A stretch of DNA of 64,000 nucleotides from Desulfomicrobium sp. (lineage in GTDB: Bacteria; Desulfobacterota; Desulfovibrionia; Desulfovibrionales; Desulfomicrobiaceae): contig JAXGMI010000002.1 in NCBI GenBank assembly GCA_040768745.1, positions 672,001 through 736,000 of the forward strand, written 5' to 3'. Shown one piece after another: positions 29,435-38,980 of this stretch (position 1 is its first letter; each line of letters begins with the position of its first letter). The position numbers were made by a program, and so were the translations under genes. The notes beneath the pieces are model-generated. The model did not search any database and had not been told where the DNA came from. It saw only the letters and a list, made by a program, of their open reading frames with translations.

Positions 29435-31147
29435 ATGAACTGGAAAAACGCTTTCGCCAGGGTCCCGTCGTTGCGTACAGCGAAAGACGGATTGCTGATC
29501 CCACACACACCTCTGCGCAACATCGATGATCTGCGGACCTTCCTGGATTTTGTGCACATAAAATTCTGTCTTCTGAAGCCTTTTCAGGAAATCAGAAACT
29601 ATCCCGCTGTCGATGCCCGGGACCTTTTGCCATCCTTTGAACCCTTTCTCACCGAATTCCCCGCACTGCCCGGTTTTTCCATGGTCGCCCTGAACCGGAC
29701 CCTGGATTATTTCAACGAGGTCTTCCAGTTCGACCTCCTGCATACCTGCCGGGACCCCGATCAGACTGTCCAGGGCGAAATCTGCGTCCTGGAACACTCC
29801 CTGCAAAAAAAGAATGCGGAATGTTTCCTGCGCCACCTGCCCCGGGAGCAGCGGGAGGCGTTCAAGTCGGACACGACAGACATCCAGGTTTCGGACATTG
29901 ACTGCTATTCTCTGCTCATCCACTACCTGAGCCACATGGACCGGGCCCATGTCCTGTCCCTGGATCGGGACGGCCAATATTACCTGTCCGGGATCTATGC
30001 ATCCCTTCCTTCGGACCTGGACACGGAACTCAAACGATTCGGAATCAAGGCCCGTAAATTCCACCCCAATGACAATCGCCTTTATGAAAAAAACCGCGAG
30101 TTTGTTTATCAATTCCTGATGGAGCTCTATGGATACCCCATCTCATCGGAACGCAAGACGTCGGCCGCCATTTTTTCACGGCGGCTGCACAAAATGGGAG
30201 AACGGTTTTTGATCAAGGTCCTCGGCCAATCGGACCGGACCATCACATCCATCTTCAGCACCGACGCTGGCAGACCCTATCCGCAGGTCGAAAAAATCGC
30301 CCTGGTCCCCGTGGAAACCCGGGGCATGGATGTGGTCAGCACCCTTGAACGCGGCGGCTATTTCGTGGACGCCAAGAAAAGGATCGTCATCCTGCGCGTC
30401 GTGTACCGGCAGCACAAATTCGACGCCAACAACGTGCGCCAGGATCGGGCCTTGTCGGTTTCCAGACAGGAAATCGTCCACCCCCTGACCGGAGAGGTGT
30501 GCACGGCCATCAATCTGATCAAGGACTCCTATTCCATGAGCCTCAAGCTCAACGACATTGTGCGCGGCGAATTCACCGGCCGGGTGGTCTTCAAGGGAAA
30601 CGAGGTCGTGGAGAACACGGAAAGTCACGAAAAGCGGCTCAAATTTCTGCATTCCTGGCTGACCAAGCACCAGCGCCGCATGATCGGATATTCGGACGAA
30701 TTTTACCGGGATATCGTGCGTGTCCTGGATGGCTACCTGAACAATCCCGACGTGCGCGATGAATTGTCGGGACTGCACGACCTGCTGCAGGAAGTCTCCT
30801 CCAACTACAGCTACATCCAGCAGGCCAGGAAAATCCGTCAGATCGAGGAACTCAAAGACCGCCTGCACAAGGGCAAGAAAATTTCCTACCGCCACATGCT
30901 GCAGCTGACCACGGATCTCATGGCGGACCTCCGTTTCGAAGCGACAACGTATTTCGACACCCTGATCCGCAAGGCCATCTATTTCTCGGAGACCATCCTG
31001 AATGACCGCTACCTGATCAGGTCCTACATCCAGCCCAGGGAGGACCAGCTGACCGACAATGGGTTGCAGATCCGTAAACTTTACCGGCGCCTCGTTTCCC
31101 TGGTTGACGAACTGAAGGCCATACGCAAAACAAGGACCGACGCATGA
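29435..31147 (+). CDS. Hypothetical protein, 570 aa, no recognised domain
   Basis: Long ORF with protein-like composition; lies 31 bp upstream of gcvT. Confidence 0.8.
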   Translation: MNWKNAFARVPSLRTAKDGLLIPHTPLRNIDDLRTFLDFVHIKFCLLKPFQEIRNYPAVDARDLLPSFEPFLTEFPALPGFSMVALNRTLDYFNEVFQFDLLHTCRDPDQTVQGEICVLEHSLQKKNAECFLRHLPREQREAFKSDTTDIQVSDIDCYSLLIHYLSHMDRAHVLSLDRDGQYYLSGIYASLPSDLDTELKRFGIKARKFHPNDNRLYEKNREFVYQFLMELYGYPISSERKTSAAIFSRRLHKMGERFLIKVLGQSDRTITSIFSTDAGRPYPQVEKIALVPVETRGMDVVSTLERGGYFVDAKKRIVILRVVYRQHKFDANNVRQDRALSVSRQEIVHPLTGEVCTAINLIKDSYSMSLKLNDIVRGEFTGRVVFKGNEVVENTESHEKRLKFLHSWLTKHQRRMIGYSDEFYRDIVRVLDGYLNNPDVRDELSGLHDLLQEVSSNYSYIQQARKIRQIEELKDRLHKGKKISYRHMLQLTTDLMADLRFEATTYFDTLIRKAIYFSETILNDRYLIRSYIQPREDQLTDNGLQIRKLYRRLVSLVDELKAIRKTRTDA

Positions 31148-31178
31148 ACATCCAAACCTTCAACAGCAGGTAGAATCC

Positions 31179-32264
31179 ATGTCCGAGTTGCTCACCACCC
31201 CCCTTCATGCCTGGCACAAAGAACATGGGGCCAGAATGGTGCCTTTCGCGGGCTGGGACATGCCGGTCCAGTATGCGGGCATCCTTGAAGAACACAAACA
31301 CACCAGGACCCAGGCCTCCATTTTCGACATTTCTCACATGGGCGAATTTCTGCTCAGTGGAGATGGAGCCACCGCGGCCCTCGCCGGCATCGTGACCCAC
31401 AACCTCGCCACCCTGGGCGTTGGCAAATGCAGGTACGGCTTTCTGCTGAACGAACGGGGCGGCGTTCTGGACGACCTCATCGTCTACCGCCTGGAAACCG
31501 ACAGATACATGCTCGTCGTCAACGGGGCCTGCATTGATTCGGACTTTGCTTGGATCAGGTCCCGTCTGCCAGGCGGCCTGACCTTTGAGAACAGGAGTTT
31601 CGAACTGGCCAAAATCGACCTGCAGGGGCCTGCCGCCTTTGACGTGCTCTCCAGGACCATCCCCGGGGACTGGGCCACACTGGGCTATTTTGGCTTCCGT
31701 GAAGTGGAATTCGACGGGTTTCACCTCATCGTCAGCCGGACCGGGTACACGGGCGAACTCGGGTATGAACTTTACCTGCCTTGGGACAAGGCCGAAACGA
31801 TGTGGTGCAGGCTCCTGACCGACAGTGCTGTGCGGCCGGCCGGCCTCGGCGCCCGGGACACCTTGCGCCTGGAGGCAGGACTGCCTCTTTACGGACAGGA
31901 CCTGGACACGGACCACACGCCGGTGGAAGCCGGATACGGAGCCATGATCACCTCGGAGGCCGAGTTCATCGGCAAATCGGGTTTGGCCACGGTACGCCAG
32001 CGCCTGATCGGTCTGCGCATCGATGGACGGCGGAGCGCCCGCCATCATGATGACGTGTTTGTGGACCAGACCAAGGTCGGCGTAGTCACCAGCGGATCCA
32101 TCGCCCCGAGCCTGGGTTACTGCGTGGCCATGGCCTATGTCCGGGCCGACATGGTCGAAAGCGTCAGCTTCACCATCAGGGGTCCCCGGAACACCCTGGA
32201 GGCGGTCAAGGCGGATATGCCTTTCTTTACCGCCGGCACTGCGCGCAAAAAGCTGAAACCCTGA
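31179..32264 (+). CDS. gcvT: Glycine cleavage system aminomethyltransferase T
   Basis: FAGWDMPVQY, FDISHMGE, SRTGYTGE, GLGARDTLRLEAG. Confidence 0.97.
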   Translation: MSELLTTPLHAWHKEHGARMVPFAGWDMPVQYAGILEEHKHTRTQASIFDISHMGEFLLSGDGATAALAGIVTHNLATLGVGKCRYGFLLNERGGVLDDLIVYRLETDRYMLVVNGACIDSDFAWIRSRLPGGLTFENRSFELAKIDLQGPAAFDVLSRTIPGDWATLGYFGFREVEFDGFHLIVSRTGYTGELGYELYLPWDKAETMWCRLLTDSAVRPAGLGARDTLRLEAGLPLYGQDLDTDHTPVEAGYGAMITSEAEFIGKSGLATVRQRLIGLRIDGRRSARHHDDVFVDQTKVGVVTSGSIAPSLGYCVAMAYVRADMVESVSFTIRGPRNTLEAVKADMPFFTAGTARKKLKP

Positions 32265-32266
32265 CC

Positions 32267-33013
32267 ATGTCCCGGCTCAATTCCTTTTATCTGGCTCCTG
32301 CCCTCTGGCAGGAGCCTTTTCGTCTGCACGGCGAGGAGGCCCACCATCTCCTGCGCGTGCTCCGGGCCAGACCCGGGGACACGATCCGGCTCTTTGACGG
32401 GCTGGGACGATGGGGATTTTTCCGGGTGTCCCACGCAGGAAAGAAGGACGCAACCATGGACCTTTTGTCCGTGCACAAGGCCGATGTTCCCGCCTATCCC
32501 CTGACCTTGGCCCTGGGCTGGTCCAAAGGCACGCGCCGGGGTTTTGTCCTGGAAAAGGCCGTGGAACTGGGCGCGACGGCCATCTGGTTCTGGACTGCCC
32601 GCCGCTCCCAGGGGGACATCCCGGATACGGCCAAGGAAAGCTGGACCCATCAGCTTGTAGCCGCCGCCAAGCAGTGCGGAACAGCCTGGCTGCCGCAGAT
32701 CCGCACCTTCACAGGGCCGGCGGAGATGATCCAGACTGCCGAGGTCTGCGGGTCCCGCATCCTGTGCTGGGAGGAAGCACCCCAGAGGGCGATGCTCGGT
32801 CCTGACGATCTGGTCCGTGAAAACGGGGCCATCGTGATCATCGGGCCGGAGGGCGGTCTGGATGGCCAAGAGGCCGCATTCTTTCAGGAACGCGGATTCA
32901 GCCCCGCATCCTTGGGCCGACGCGTTCTGCGCTTTGAAACAGCGGCTCTGTATGTCCTGGCCATGTACGCCTGGGCTGCGTCCAGAACAGCTGATGACCA
33001 AGACCGCCCATGA
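32267..33013 (+). CDS. rsmE: 16S rRNA m3U1498 methyltransferase
   Basis: HHLLRVLR, EKAVELG, IGPEGG, SLGRRVLRFETA. Confidence 0.95.
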   Translation: MSRLNSFYLAPALWQEPFRLHGEEAHHLLRVLRARPGDTIRLFDGLGRWGFFRVSHAGKKDATMDLLSVHKADVPAYPLTLALGWSKGTRRGFVLEKAVELGATAIWFWTARRSQGDIPDTAKESWTHQLVAAAKQCGTAWLPQIRTFTGPAEMIQTAEVCGSRILCWEEAPQRAMLGPDDLVRENGAIVIIGPEGGLDGQEAAFFQERGFSPASLGRRVLRFETAALYVLAMYAWAASRTADDQDRP

Positions 33014-33189
33014 GATACGTTGCGCCGGCCTGATGCCTTATCCGGGAATCCGTGATCCCCTTGACGGAATTTCATATGGATTTATTGGCATTTGCACTGA
33101 CATGCTAAAATTAATATAAGTGCGGACATCTTTGGTTCCTGAATCCAAAAACCGCTTGCAACCAACATCTGAAAAATAGAGGAGCTCCC

Positions 33190-33774
33190 ATGCGCACAGC
33201 TATCTTCTGGCTCTGTTTACTGATTCTGCTGCCCACCGGCACGGCCTTGGCCCTGGAGGCTTCCGAGAGCCCCAACGCACATCCCCTGCCCGTCGGAAGC
33301 ACCATGCCTGACCTGCAGCTCATGGGCAAAATAAGTCCTGAACTCCTGGCCACCCTCGGTTTGCAGGGCAATGAGCCCTACCCGCTTTCGAACATCAAGG
33401 CCAAGACCATCATCCTCGTGGCATTCAGCATGTACTGCCCCCATTGCCAGCGCGAGGCCCCGGCCTTGAATGAGCTCTCCGCCCTGATCAAAACCAAGGG
33501 GCTGGACAAGGACATCAAAATGATCGGCGTCGGCATCGGCAACTCCGACTTCGAAGTGAACGTATTCCGTGAAAAATACGCCGTAACCTATCCGCTCTTT
33601 TCTGACCCGGACTTCGTCACCAACAAGGCCATAGGCGAAGTCGGCACACCCTATTTCTATGTGTTGAACATGGATCCCAAGAACAAGGAAATTAAGGTCG
33701 CTCACACCTTGCTCGGGCGCATGGAGTCGGTTGAAGGGTATCTGGACCAGGTCGTCAAGGTCAGCGCCAAATAG
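33190..33774 (+). CDS. Exported TlpA-like thioredoxin/redoxin
   Basis: Signal peptide, CPHC motif, cis-Pro GTP. Confidence 0.85.
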   Translation: MRTAIFWLCLLILLPTGTALALEASESPNAHPLPVGSTMPDLQLMGKISPELLATLGLQGNEPYPLSNIKAKTIILVAFSMYCPHCQREAPALNELSALIKTKGLDKDIKMIGVGIGNSDFEVNVFREKYAVTYPLFSDPDFVTNKAIGEVGTPYFYVLNMDPKNKEIKVAHTLLGRMESVEGYLDQVVKVSAK

Positions 33775-33784
33775 GGGATAGATC

Positions 33785-34378
33785 ATGAATCAGACAGTGC
33801 GCTTTTGTCTCATCTCCCTCCTCCTGATGATGCCTGCCCACGTCTTTGCGCAGGGTCCGTCCATCCCCAAGGAAAGGATCTTTCAGGTCGGCACGCTGAA
33901 GGCCCTGGACAGCACGCTGAAGGTCAAGGTCGGGGACCCTGCTCCGGATTTCTCCCTGCCGACCGTTGACGGGAAGCACCTCAGCCTGAGCCAGTTCAAA
34001 GGAAAGAAGAATGTCGTTTTGTCATTTGTTCCTGCAGCATGGACTCCGGTCTGCTCCGGGCAATGGCCCGGGTACAACATCGTGCAGGACATGTTTGAGC
34101 AGGCCGAGACGCAGCTCATCGGCGTGACAGTGGACAACGTGCCCACCCTGCATGCCTGGATCCAGGAAATGGGCGGAGTGTGGTTCCCTGTGGCCTCTGA
34201 TTTCTACCCCCACGGCAAGCTGGCCGGTGCCCTGGGCATCCTGCGCTCGACCGGCGAGGCCGAACGGTCGCTCTTTCTGATCGATAAGCAGGGCATCATC
34301 CGCTACATTGACGTGCATGACATCAACTCCAGGCCGGACCTGGGCCCCCTGATCAAGGCCATGCAGGCTTTGAAGTAA
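33785..34378 (+). CDS. Exported peroxiredoxin-like protein (AhpE-like)
   Basis: Signal peptide, [16 protein letters not shown] (PxxxTxxC), ERSLFLID. Confidence 0.85.
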   Translation: MNQTVRFCLISLLLMMPAHVFAQGPSIPKERIFQVGTLKALDSTLKVKVGDPAPDFSLPTVDGKHLSLSQFKGKKNVVLSFVPAAWTPVCSGQWPGYNIVQDMFEQAETQLIGVTVDNVPTLHAWIQEMGGVWFPVASDFYPHGKLAGALGILRSTGEAERSLFLIDKQGIIRYIDVHDINSRPDLGPLIKAMQALK

Positions 34379-34428
34379 AAAACCCCATGAGCGACGGACA
34401 CAACGTGCTGTCGTCCCGACCTTCCCCT

Positions 34429-34461
34429 GCCCCTGCTTCCTGGAAGCGGGGGCGATTTTTT
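34429..34461 (+). terminator. Intrinsic terminator after the redoxin pair
   Basis: GCCCCTGCTTCC/GGAAGCGGGGGC stem followed by a T run. Confidence 0.65.
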
Positions 34462-34523
34462 CCCATCACCCCTCGGCCCTGTCCGTGAAAATCGAATCCA
34501 GGCTATCCCGGGCCGGCCCTAAC

Positions 34524-34539
34524 CGGCAATTTTTTGCCG
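34524..34539. promoter_or_regulatory. Palindrome CGGCAA-N4-TTGCCG (copy 1)
   Basis: CGGCAATTTTTTGCCG, identical to 35774-35789. Confidence 0.6.
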
Positions 34540-34592
34540 CCATGAACCGTACAAAGGCAGAAGATGAAGCCAGAAGATCTCTGGCGGGGCAC

Positions 34593-35603
34593 TCAAGCCA
34601 GCTTCAGCTCATACTCGGCCAGCTTGTAGCGCAGGGTGCGGGGAGACACGGCCAGGATTTCAGCCAGTCTGGCCTTGCTGCCCTCGGCCTCGGACCACGC
34701 GCGGACGATGGCAGCCGCCTCGGCCTGGCGCACGGCTGCCTCCATGGTCAGGGCGCCGCGACCAGGATTCACGGCTGGCAGCCCCGTGGCCAGGCGCATT
34801 TCCAAGGGCAGGTGACAGGGCTCGATGACGGGCTCCGTGCACAGAAGGACAAGGCGCTCGGTAAGGTTGCGCAATTCCCGCACGTTCCCGGGCCAGGGAT
34901 AGGCGCACAGCGCACCCAGGGTGGCCGGTGAAAGGTGAACATCGGGCTTGTGATACCGATGGCGATACATGGCCAAAAAATATTCCGCCAGGGGAGGAAT
35001 GTCTTCGGGACGCTCGCGCAGGGGTTCCAGGGTGACGGGAATCACGTTCAGGCGGTAGTAGAGGTCTGCCCGGAATTCCCCGGCCGCGACCATTTTCTGC
35101 AGCACGCGGTTGGTCGCGGCCACGATGCGGGCGTCGAACGATTGCGTCCTTTCCCCTCCCAGCCTCCGAAAGGTCTTTTCTTCCAGGACACGCAGGAAGT
35201 CGACCTGATTGGGCAGGGGAATCTCTCCGACTTCGTCCAGGAACAGCGTTCCATCGGCGGCCAGTTCGAAGCTCCCCTTGCGTTGGCGCTGTGCACCTGT
35301 GAATGCGCCTGCTTCATGGCCGAAAAACTTGTCCGCGAAAAGCTCCCCCTTGAGCACGCCGCAGTTGACCGGGACAAACGGTTTGGCACGTCTCCCGGAA
35401 AGCTGGTGCACCAGGCGGGCGAAGAGCTCCTTGCCCGTTCCCGATTCTCCGTAGACCAGGATTGTGGCGTCGGAACCAGCAACCTGGACCGCCAGACGAT
35501 GAAGATCGCGCATGGCTTTGGACTGGTAAACGAATTCGCCGCTCCCCTCCTCGCTCCCCAGGGAAATGACCTCGGTTCTCGATGTCCATGTCGAGTCCGG
35601 CAA
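34593..35603 (-). CDS. Sigma54 enhancer-binding protein (AAA+ plus Fis HTH) with no sensory domain; DVU2956-like
   Basis: [38 protein letters not shown]-terminal HTH; start uncertain (TTG 35603 with AAGGA upstream chosen). Confidence 0.88.
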   Translation of the reverse strand: MPDSTWTSRTEVISLGSEEGSGEFVYQSKAMRDLHRLAVQVAGSDATILVYGESGTGKELFARLVHQLSGRRAKPFVPVNCGVLKGELFADKFFGHEAGAFTGAQRQRKGSFELAADGTLFLDEVGEIPLPNQVDFLRVLEEKTFRRLGGERTQSFDARIVAATNRVLQKMVAAGEFRADLYYRLNVIPVTLEPLRERPEDIPPLAEYFLAMYRHRYHKPDVHLSPATLGALCAYPWPGNVRELRNLTERLVLLCTEPVIEPCHLPLEMRLATGLPAVNPGRGALTMEAAVRQAEAAAIVRAWSEAEGSKARLAEILAVSPRTLRYKLAEYELKLA

Positions 35604-35613
35604 ATTATTGCCG
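35598..35613. promoter_or_regulatory. Palindrome CGGCAA-N4-TTGCCG (copy 2), at the regulator's 5' end
   Basis: CGGCAAATTATTGCCG. Confidence 0.6.
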
Positions 35614-35753
35614 ATCCTTGCAGCCACCTTCCCCGTGCCGACTGAATAAGAACCTACTGAGGGCTTCCGCGCCAAGAGAACTCCTTCTGCACATCCGGAT
35701 TGTTCTGCGTATCTCCCGACGGCGTCATGGGCCCGTCCACATCCCACCGAAAA

Positions 35754-35789
35754 AAGCACCATTTTGCCGGATGCGGCAATTTTTTGCCG
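35754..35789. promoter_or_regulatory. Tandem upstream activator sites (imperfect copy plus perfect copy 3)
   Basis: AAGCACCATTTTGCCG (35754-69) and CGGCAATTTTTTGCCG (35774-89), 20 bp apart, upstream of a -24/-12 box. Confidence 0.7.
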
Positions 35790-35842
35790 TCTACACCCTG
35801 GGCTTTGACACGTCAACCCGCACTTCACCTGCATCGACACGC

Positions 35843-35858
35843 TGGCATGCTCCTTGCC
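35843..35858 (+). promoter_or_regulatory. Sigma54 -24/-12 promoter of the tauE operon
   Basis: TGGCATGCTCCTTGCC, close to consensus TGGCAC-N5-TTGC. Confidence 0.8.
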
Positions 35859-35944
35859 CTATAGAGCGCGTATGAGGAACGTCCCAAGGTCATGGAGATA
35901 CATCAGGTAGGCAACGGAAACGTGTAAATGGGAGCGGAGCAGGA

Positions 35945-36937
35945 ATGAAACTGAATGCGAATGCGAAGTGGATGAGAATTCTGGGAGGCGCCGGCTTGGC
36001 TGTACTCCTGTTGGCGACACTGGCCTGGGCCAGCAATGAAGCAGGGATCGCGGGGGAGGCGGCCAAGCAAATGGCGGAAGCAACTGGCACCTTCTCATCC
36101 CTGCCCTGGTGGGCATGGCCCGCCATCTTGCTGGTCTTCTGTTTTGTGCTGGGCATCATCGCCGTCCTGGCCGGCGTGGGCGGGGGAGTGCTCTTCGTGC
36201 CCCTGGTCAGCGGCTTCTTTCCTTTTCACCTTGATTTTGTTCGCGGAGCGGGTCTGCTGGTGGCCCTGGCAGGCGCATTGGCCGCAGGGCCAGGCCTCTT
36301 GAAACGCAATCTGGCCAGCCTTCGTCTGGCCCTGCCCGTAGCCCTCATCGCCTCCAGCTGCGCCATCGTTGGAGCTTTCCTGGGCCTGGCCCTGCCTGGC
36401 AACGTCGTGCAGATCTGCCTGGGAGGCACCATCATGGGCATTGCCATCCTGCTGCTGACCTCCAAGAACACGGCCCGTCCTGTTGTCACCAAGCAGGATG
36501 CCCTGGGTCTGGCCCTGGGCATCCAGGGCGCATACATGGAAGCCAACGGCGAGATCGTCGAATGGAAGACCCACCGCACCCTGCCGGGCCTCCTGCTCTT
36601 CATCGTCATCGGCATCATGGCCGGCATGTTCGGCCTGGGGGCAGGTTGGGCCAACGTCCCGGTTTTGAACCTGCTCATGGGCGCACCGCTCAAGGTCGCC
36701 GTGGGCACCAGCAAGTTCCTCCTTTCCATCACCGACACTTCGGCCGCCTGGGTCTACCTGAACCAGGGCTGTGTCATCCCGCTCATGGCCATCCCGTCCA
36801 TCATCGGCCTGATGATGGGCTCCTTCGTGGGCGTGCGTCTGCTGGCCAAGGCCAAGCCGGCCTTCATCCGCTACATGGTCATCGGCGTCCTGCTTTTCGC
36901 GGGCGGCAAGGCCCTGGCCAAGGGTCTCGGCTTCTAA
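35945..36937 (+). CDS. TauE/SafE-family membrane protein
   Basis: LAGVGGGVLFVP, GMFGLGAGWANVP, AVGTS; N-terminal signal-like extension. Confidence 0.88.
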   Translation: MKLNANAKWMRILGGAGLAVLLLATLAWASNEAGIAGEAAKQMAEATGTFSSLPWWAWPAILLVFCFVLGIIAVLAGVGGGVLFVPLVSGFFPFHLDFVRGAGLLVALAGALAAGPGLLKRNLASLRLALPVALIASSCAIVGAFLGLALPGNVVQICLGGTIMGIAILLLTSKNTARPVVTKQDALGLALGIQGAYMEANGEIVEWKTHRTLPGLLLFIVIGIMAGMFGLGAGWANVPVLNLLMGAPLKVAVGTSKFLLSITDTSAAWVYLNQGCVIPLMAIPSIIGLMMGSFVGVRLLAKAKPAFIRYMVIGVLLFAGGKALAKGLGF

Positions 36938-36962
36938 CTATCAGCATCCAAGGAGAAAAAAC

Positions 36963-37382
36963 ATGCATAGACCCGAAACCAACGCCCCGGCCGAGCAGAT
37001 CACGTATGCCAACATACTTTTTTACGGATGTTGGGGTGGCTTGGCGCTCATGATTCTTACGTATATGCTGTATGTCACGGGCATCATGGAGCCCTATGTA
37101 TCCATGGAACTGGTAACCAGGTTCTGGTCCCTGCCGGTCCACAACTACCTGGCGGAAAACAACGTCCCAACGGGATGGGGTTGGGCGAGACTCCTCGGCA
37201 AGGGAGATTTCCTGAATTTCACAGGGATCGCGCTCCTGGGCGGACTGACCATTGTCTGCTACATCCCGGTCATCTTTGCCTATTTCAAGAAAAAGGACAT
37301 CCCCTATGCAATTATCGCGTTCCTTGAAGTCCTCGTGCTTTGCTTTGCCGCTTCTGGCATCGTCGGGGGCGGAGCCCACTAA
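36963..37382 (+). CDS. DUF1634-like membrane protein
   Basis: Three TM segments, GWGW...GDFLNF; typical partner of TauE. Confidence 0.75.
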   Translation: MHRPETNAPAEQITYANILFYGCWGGLALMILTYMLYVTGIMEPYVSMELVTRFWSLPVHNYLAENNVPTGWGWARLLGKGDFLNFTGIALLGGLTIVCYIPVIFAYFKKKDIPYAIIAFLEVLVLCFAASGIVGGGAH

Positions 37383-37393
37383 GGGAGTACATT

Positions 37394-38614
37394 GTGACGA
37401 AACGGTTTGAAGAACTGATCGGCTCCGACTGCCCGGACCTCCCGGCGTTGCTGGACAGCCTGCCCATGGGGATGGTTTTGCTCGATGGGCAGGGTCACGT
37501 GATCATGCTCAACAAAGCACTCGAGGAGCTGACCGGTTTTCATCGAGACGATGTTCGGGGTCTGCCCTGCCGGCATGTGTTGCGCAGCAGGGCCTGCGTG
37601 CAGGGCTGTCCCCATGAGCGCCCGGACGGTCCGGGCTCCAGCATCGAGACCGATTGCATCAACCGTCACCGCCGCAAGATTCCCGTTCGCATCACGCCAG
37701 TGCGCATGACAGACGACCAGAACCGCCCGGTCTGCATCCTTGACGTGGTGGAGGATCTGACCGCCCTGAAGGAAATGGCGGCCCGCCTGTCCCAGGTCAC
37801 TGGCCAGGGACAGATCGTTGGCCGCAGTCCGGCCATGGAAAAAATCCTGCGTCTGGTGCCTGTCCTCGCCCAGCACAGCTCCCCCGTGCTGATCACCGGA
37901 GAGACAGGGACAGGCAAAGACCTGCTCGCCGAGTCCATCCACAAGGCCTCGCCCAGATCCCGTGAACCCTTTGTCAGGTTCAGCTGCGGCCCCATGCCCT
38001 CGGAACTGCTGGACGCCGAACTCTTTGGTCGCGCACAGGGCGAAACCGGAGAGCTCAAACCCGGTCGATTTCAGCAGGCCCAGGGCGGCACCCTGTATCT
38101 TTCCGAAATCGCGGACCTGCCCTTGACCCAGCAGGCCAGCCTGGCCCGATTCCTCGACGACGGCATCATTCTCCCGGCCGGATCGGCCAAGCCCATCAGG
38201 GTCAACGTCCGGCTCATGGCTTCCACAGCCGGTTCTCCTGAAAAACTCGTACAGGAAGGCCGCTTGCGGGAGGATTTTTTCCACCGCATTACGGCCATCC
38301 GGCTGCACCTGCCCCGGCTCAAGGACCGCGGGGAAGACCTCGGCTTTCTGCTGCACCACTTTCTTGCCCACTATGCGGCACGGTTCAAGAAAAACATCAC
38401 CGGGATCTCGCCCAAAGCCCTGCGCCTGATCAGCTGTCACGACTTTCCCGGCAATGTGCGCGAGCTCAAAAACATCGTGGAATTCGCGGCCATGATCTGC
38501 ACCGAGGACACGATCCGGATCGAGCATCTCCCGGGGCATCTGCCGGGGATAGCCGACAAACCTGTACCGTCCACGCCATCGCAGACCCGCAAGGGCCTCC
38601 GCAAGAGCACATAG
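37394..38614 (+). CDS. PAS plus degenerate sigma54 AAA+ protein, no HTH (pseudo enhancer-binding protein)
   Basis: PAS with CRHVLRSRACVQGC; Walker A GETGTGKD intact; GAFTGA replaced by RAQGETGE; Walker B reads LYLSEI; ends without an HTH. Confidence 0.85.
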   Translation: MTKRFEELIGSDCPDLPALLDSLPMGMVLLDGQGHVIMLNKALEELTGFHRDDVRGLPCRHVLRSRACVQGCPHERPDGPGSSIETDCINRHRRKIPVRITPVRMTDDQNRPVCILDVVEDLTALKEMAARLSQVTGQGQIVGRSPAMEKILRLVPVLAQHSSPVLITGETGTGKDLLAESIHKASPRSREPFVRFSCGPMPSELLDAELFGRAQGETGELKPGRFQQAQGGTLYLSEIADLPLTQQASLARFLDDGIILPAGSAKPIRVNVRLMASTAGSPEKLVQEGRLREDFFHRITAIRLHLPRLKDRGEDLGFLLHHFLAHYAARFKKNITGISPKALRLISCHDFPGNVRELKNIVEFAAMICTEDTIRIEHLPGHLPGIADKPVPSTPSQTRKGLRKST

Positions 38615-38626
38615 GAGCATACATCC

Positions 38627-38980
38627 ATGGAACGCCGCGTTCTCATCACCGTCGCCAGGGACGAAGTCGCCCCTCGTTTCGACCTGGCCACCGAAGCCCT
38701 GCTCCTGACTGTTGCAGACAGCGGAGAGATCGTCTCCCGCAAATCATTCCTCATGGCCCACGCCTCGGGCGACGAGCTCTGCGACCTGGCCCTGTCCCGG
38801 GACATCGGCACCGTCGTGTGCGGGGGGATTGAGGACGAATATTTTCATTATCTGCGCTGGAAGCGGATCGAGGTCATCGACTCAGTCATGGGGCCCCTGG
38901 AACCCGTCGTGAGCCGGCTGGCAGCAGGCGCGCTCAGGGCCGGGGACATTCTCTTCGAACGGAGTGTGACGGGAGTATGA
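38627..38980 (+). CDS. NifB/NifX (MTH1175-like) small protein
   Basis: VAPRFD, VVCGGI. Confidence 0.75.
   Translation: MERRVLITVARDEVAPRFDLATEALLLTVADSGEIVSRKSFLMAHASGDELCDLALSRDIGTVVCGGIEDEYFHYLRWKRIEVIDSVMGPLEPVVSRLAAGALRAGDILFERSVTGV

Noticed and set aside
33190..34378. Selenocysteine recoding in the redoxin pair
   Set aside because: Active sites use Cys codons, and the ORFs end in TAG and TAA with no in-frame TGA
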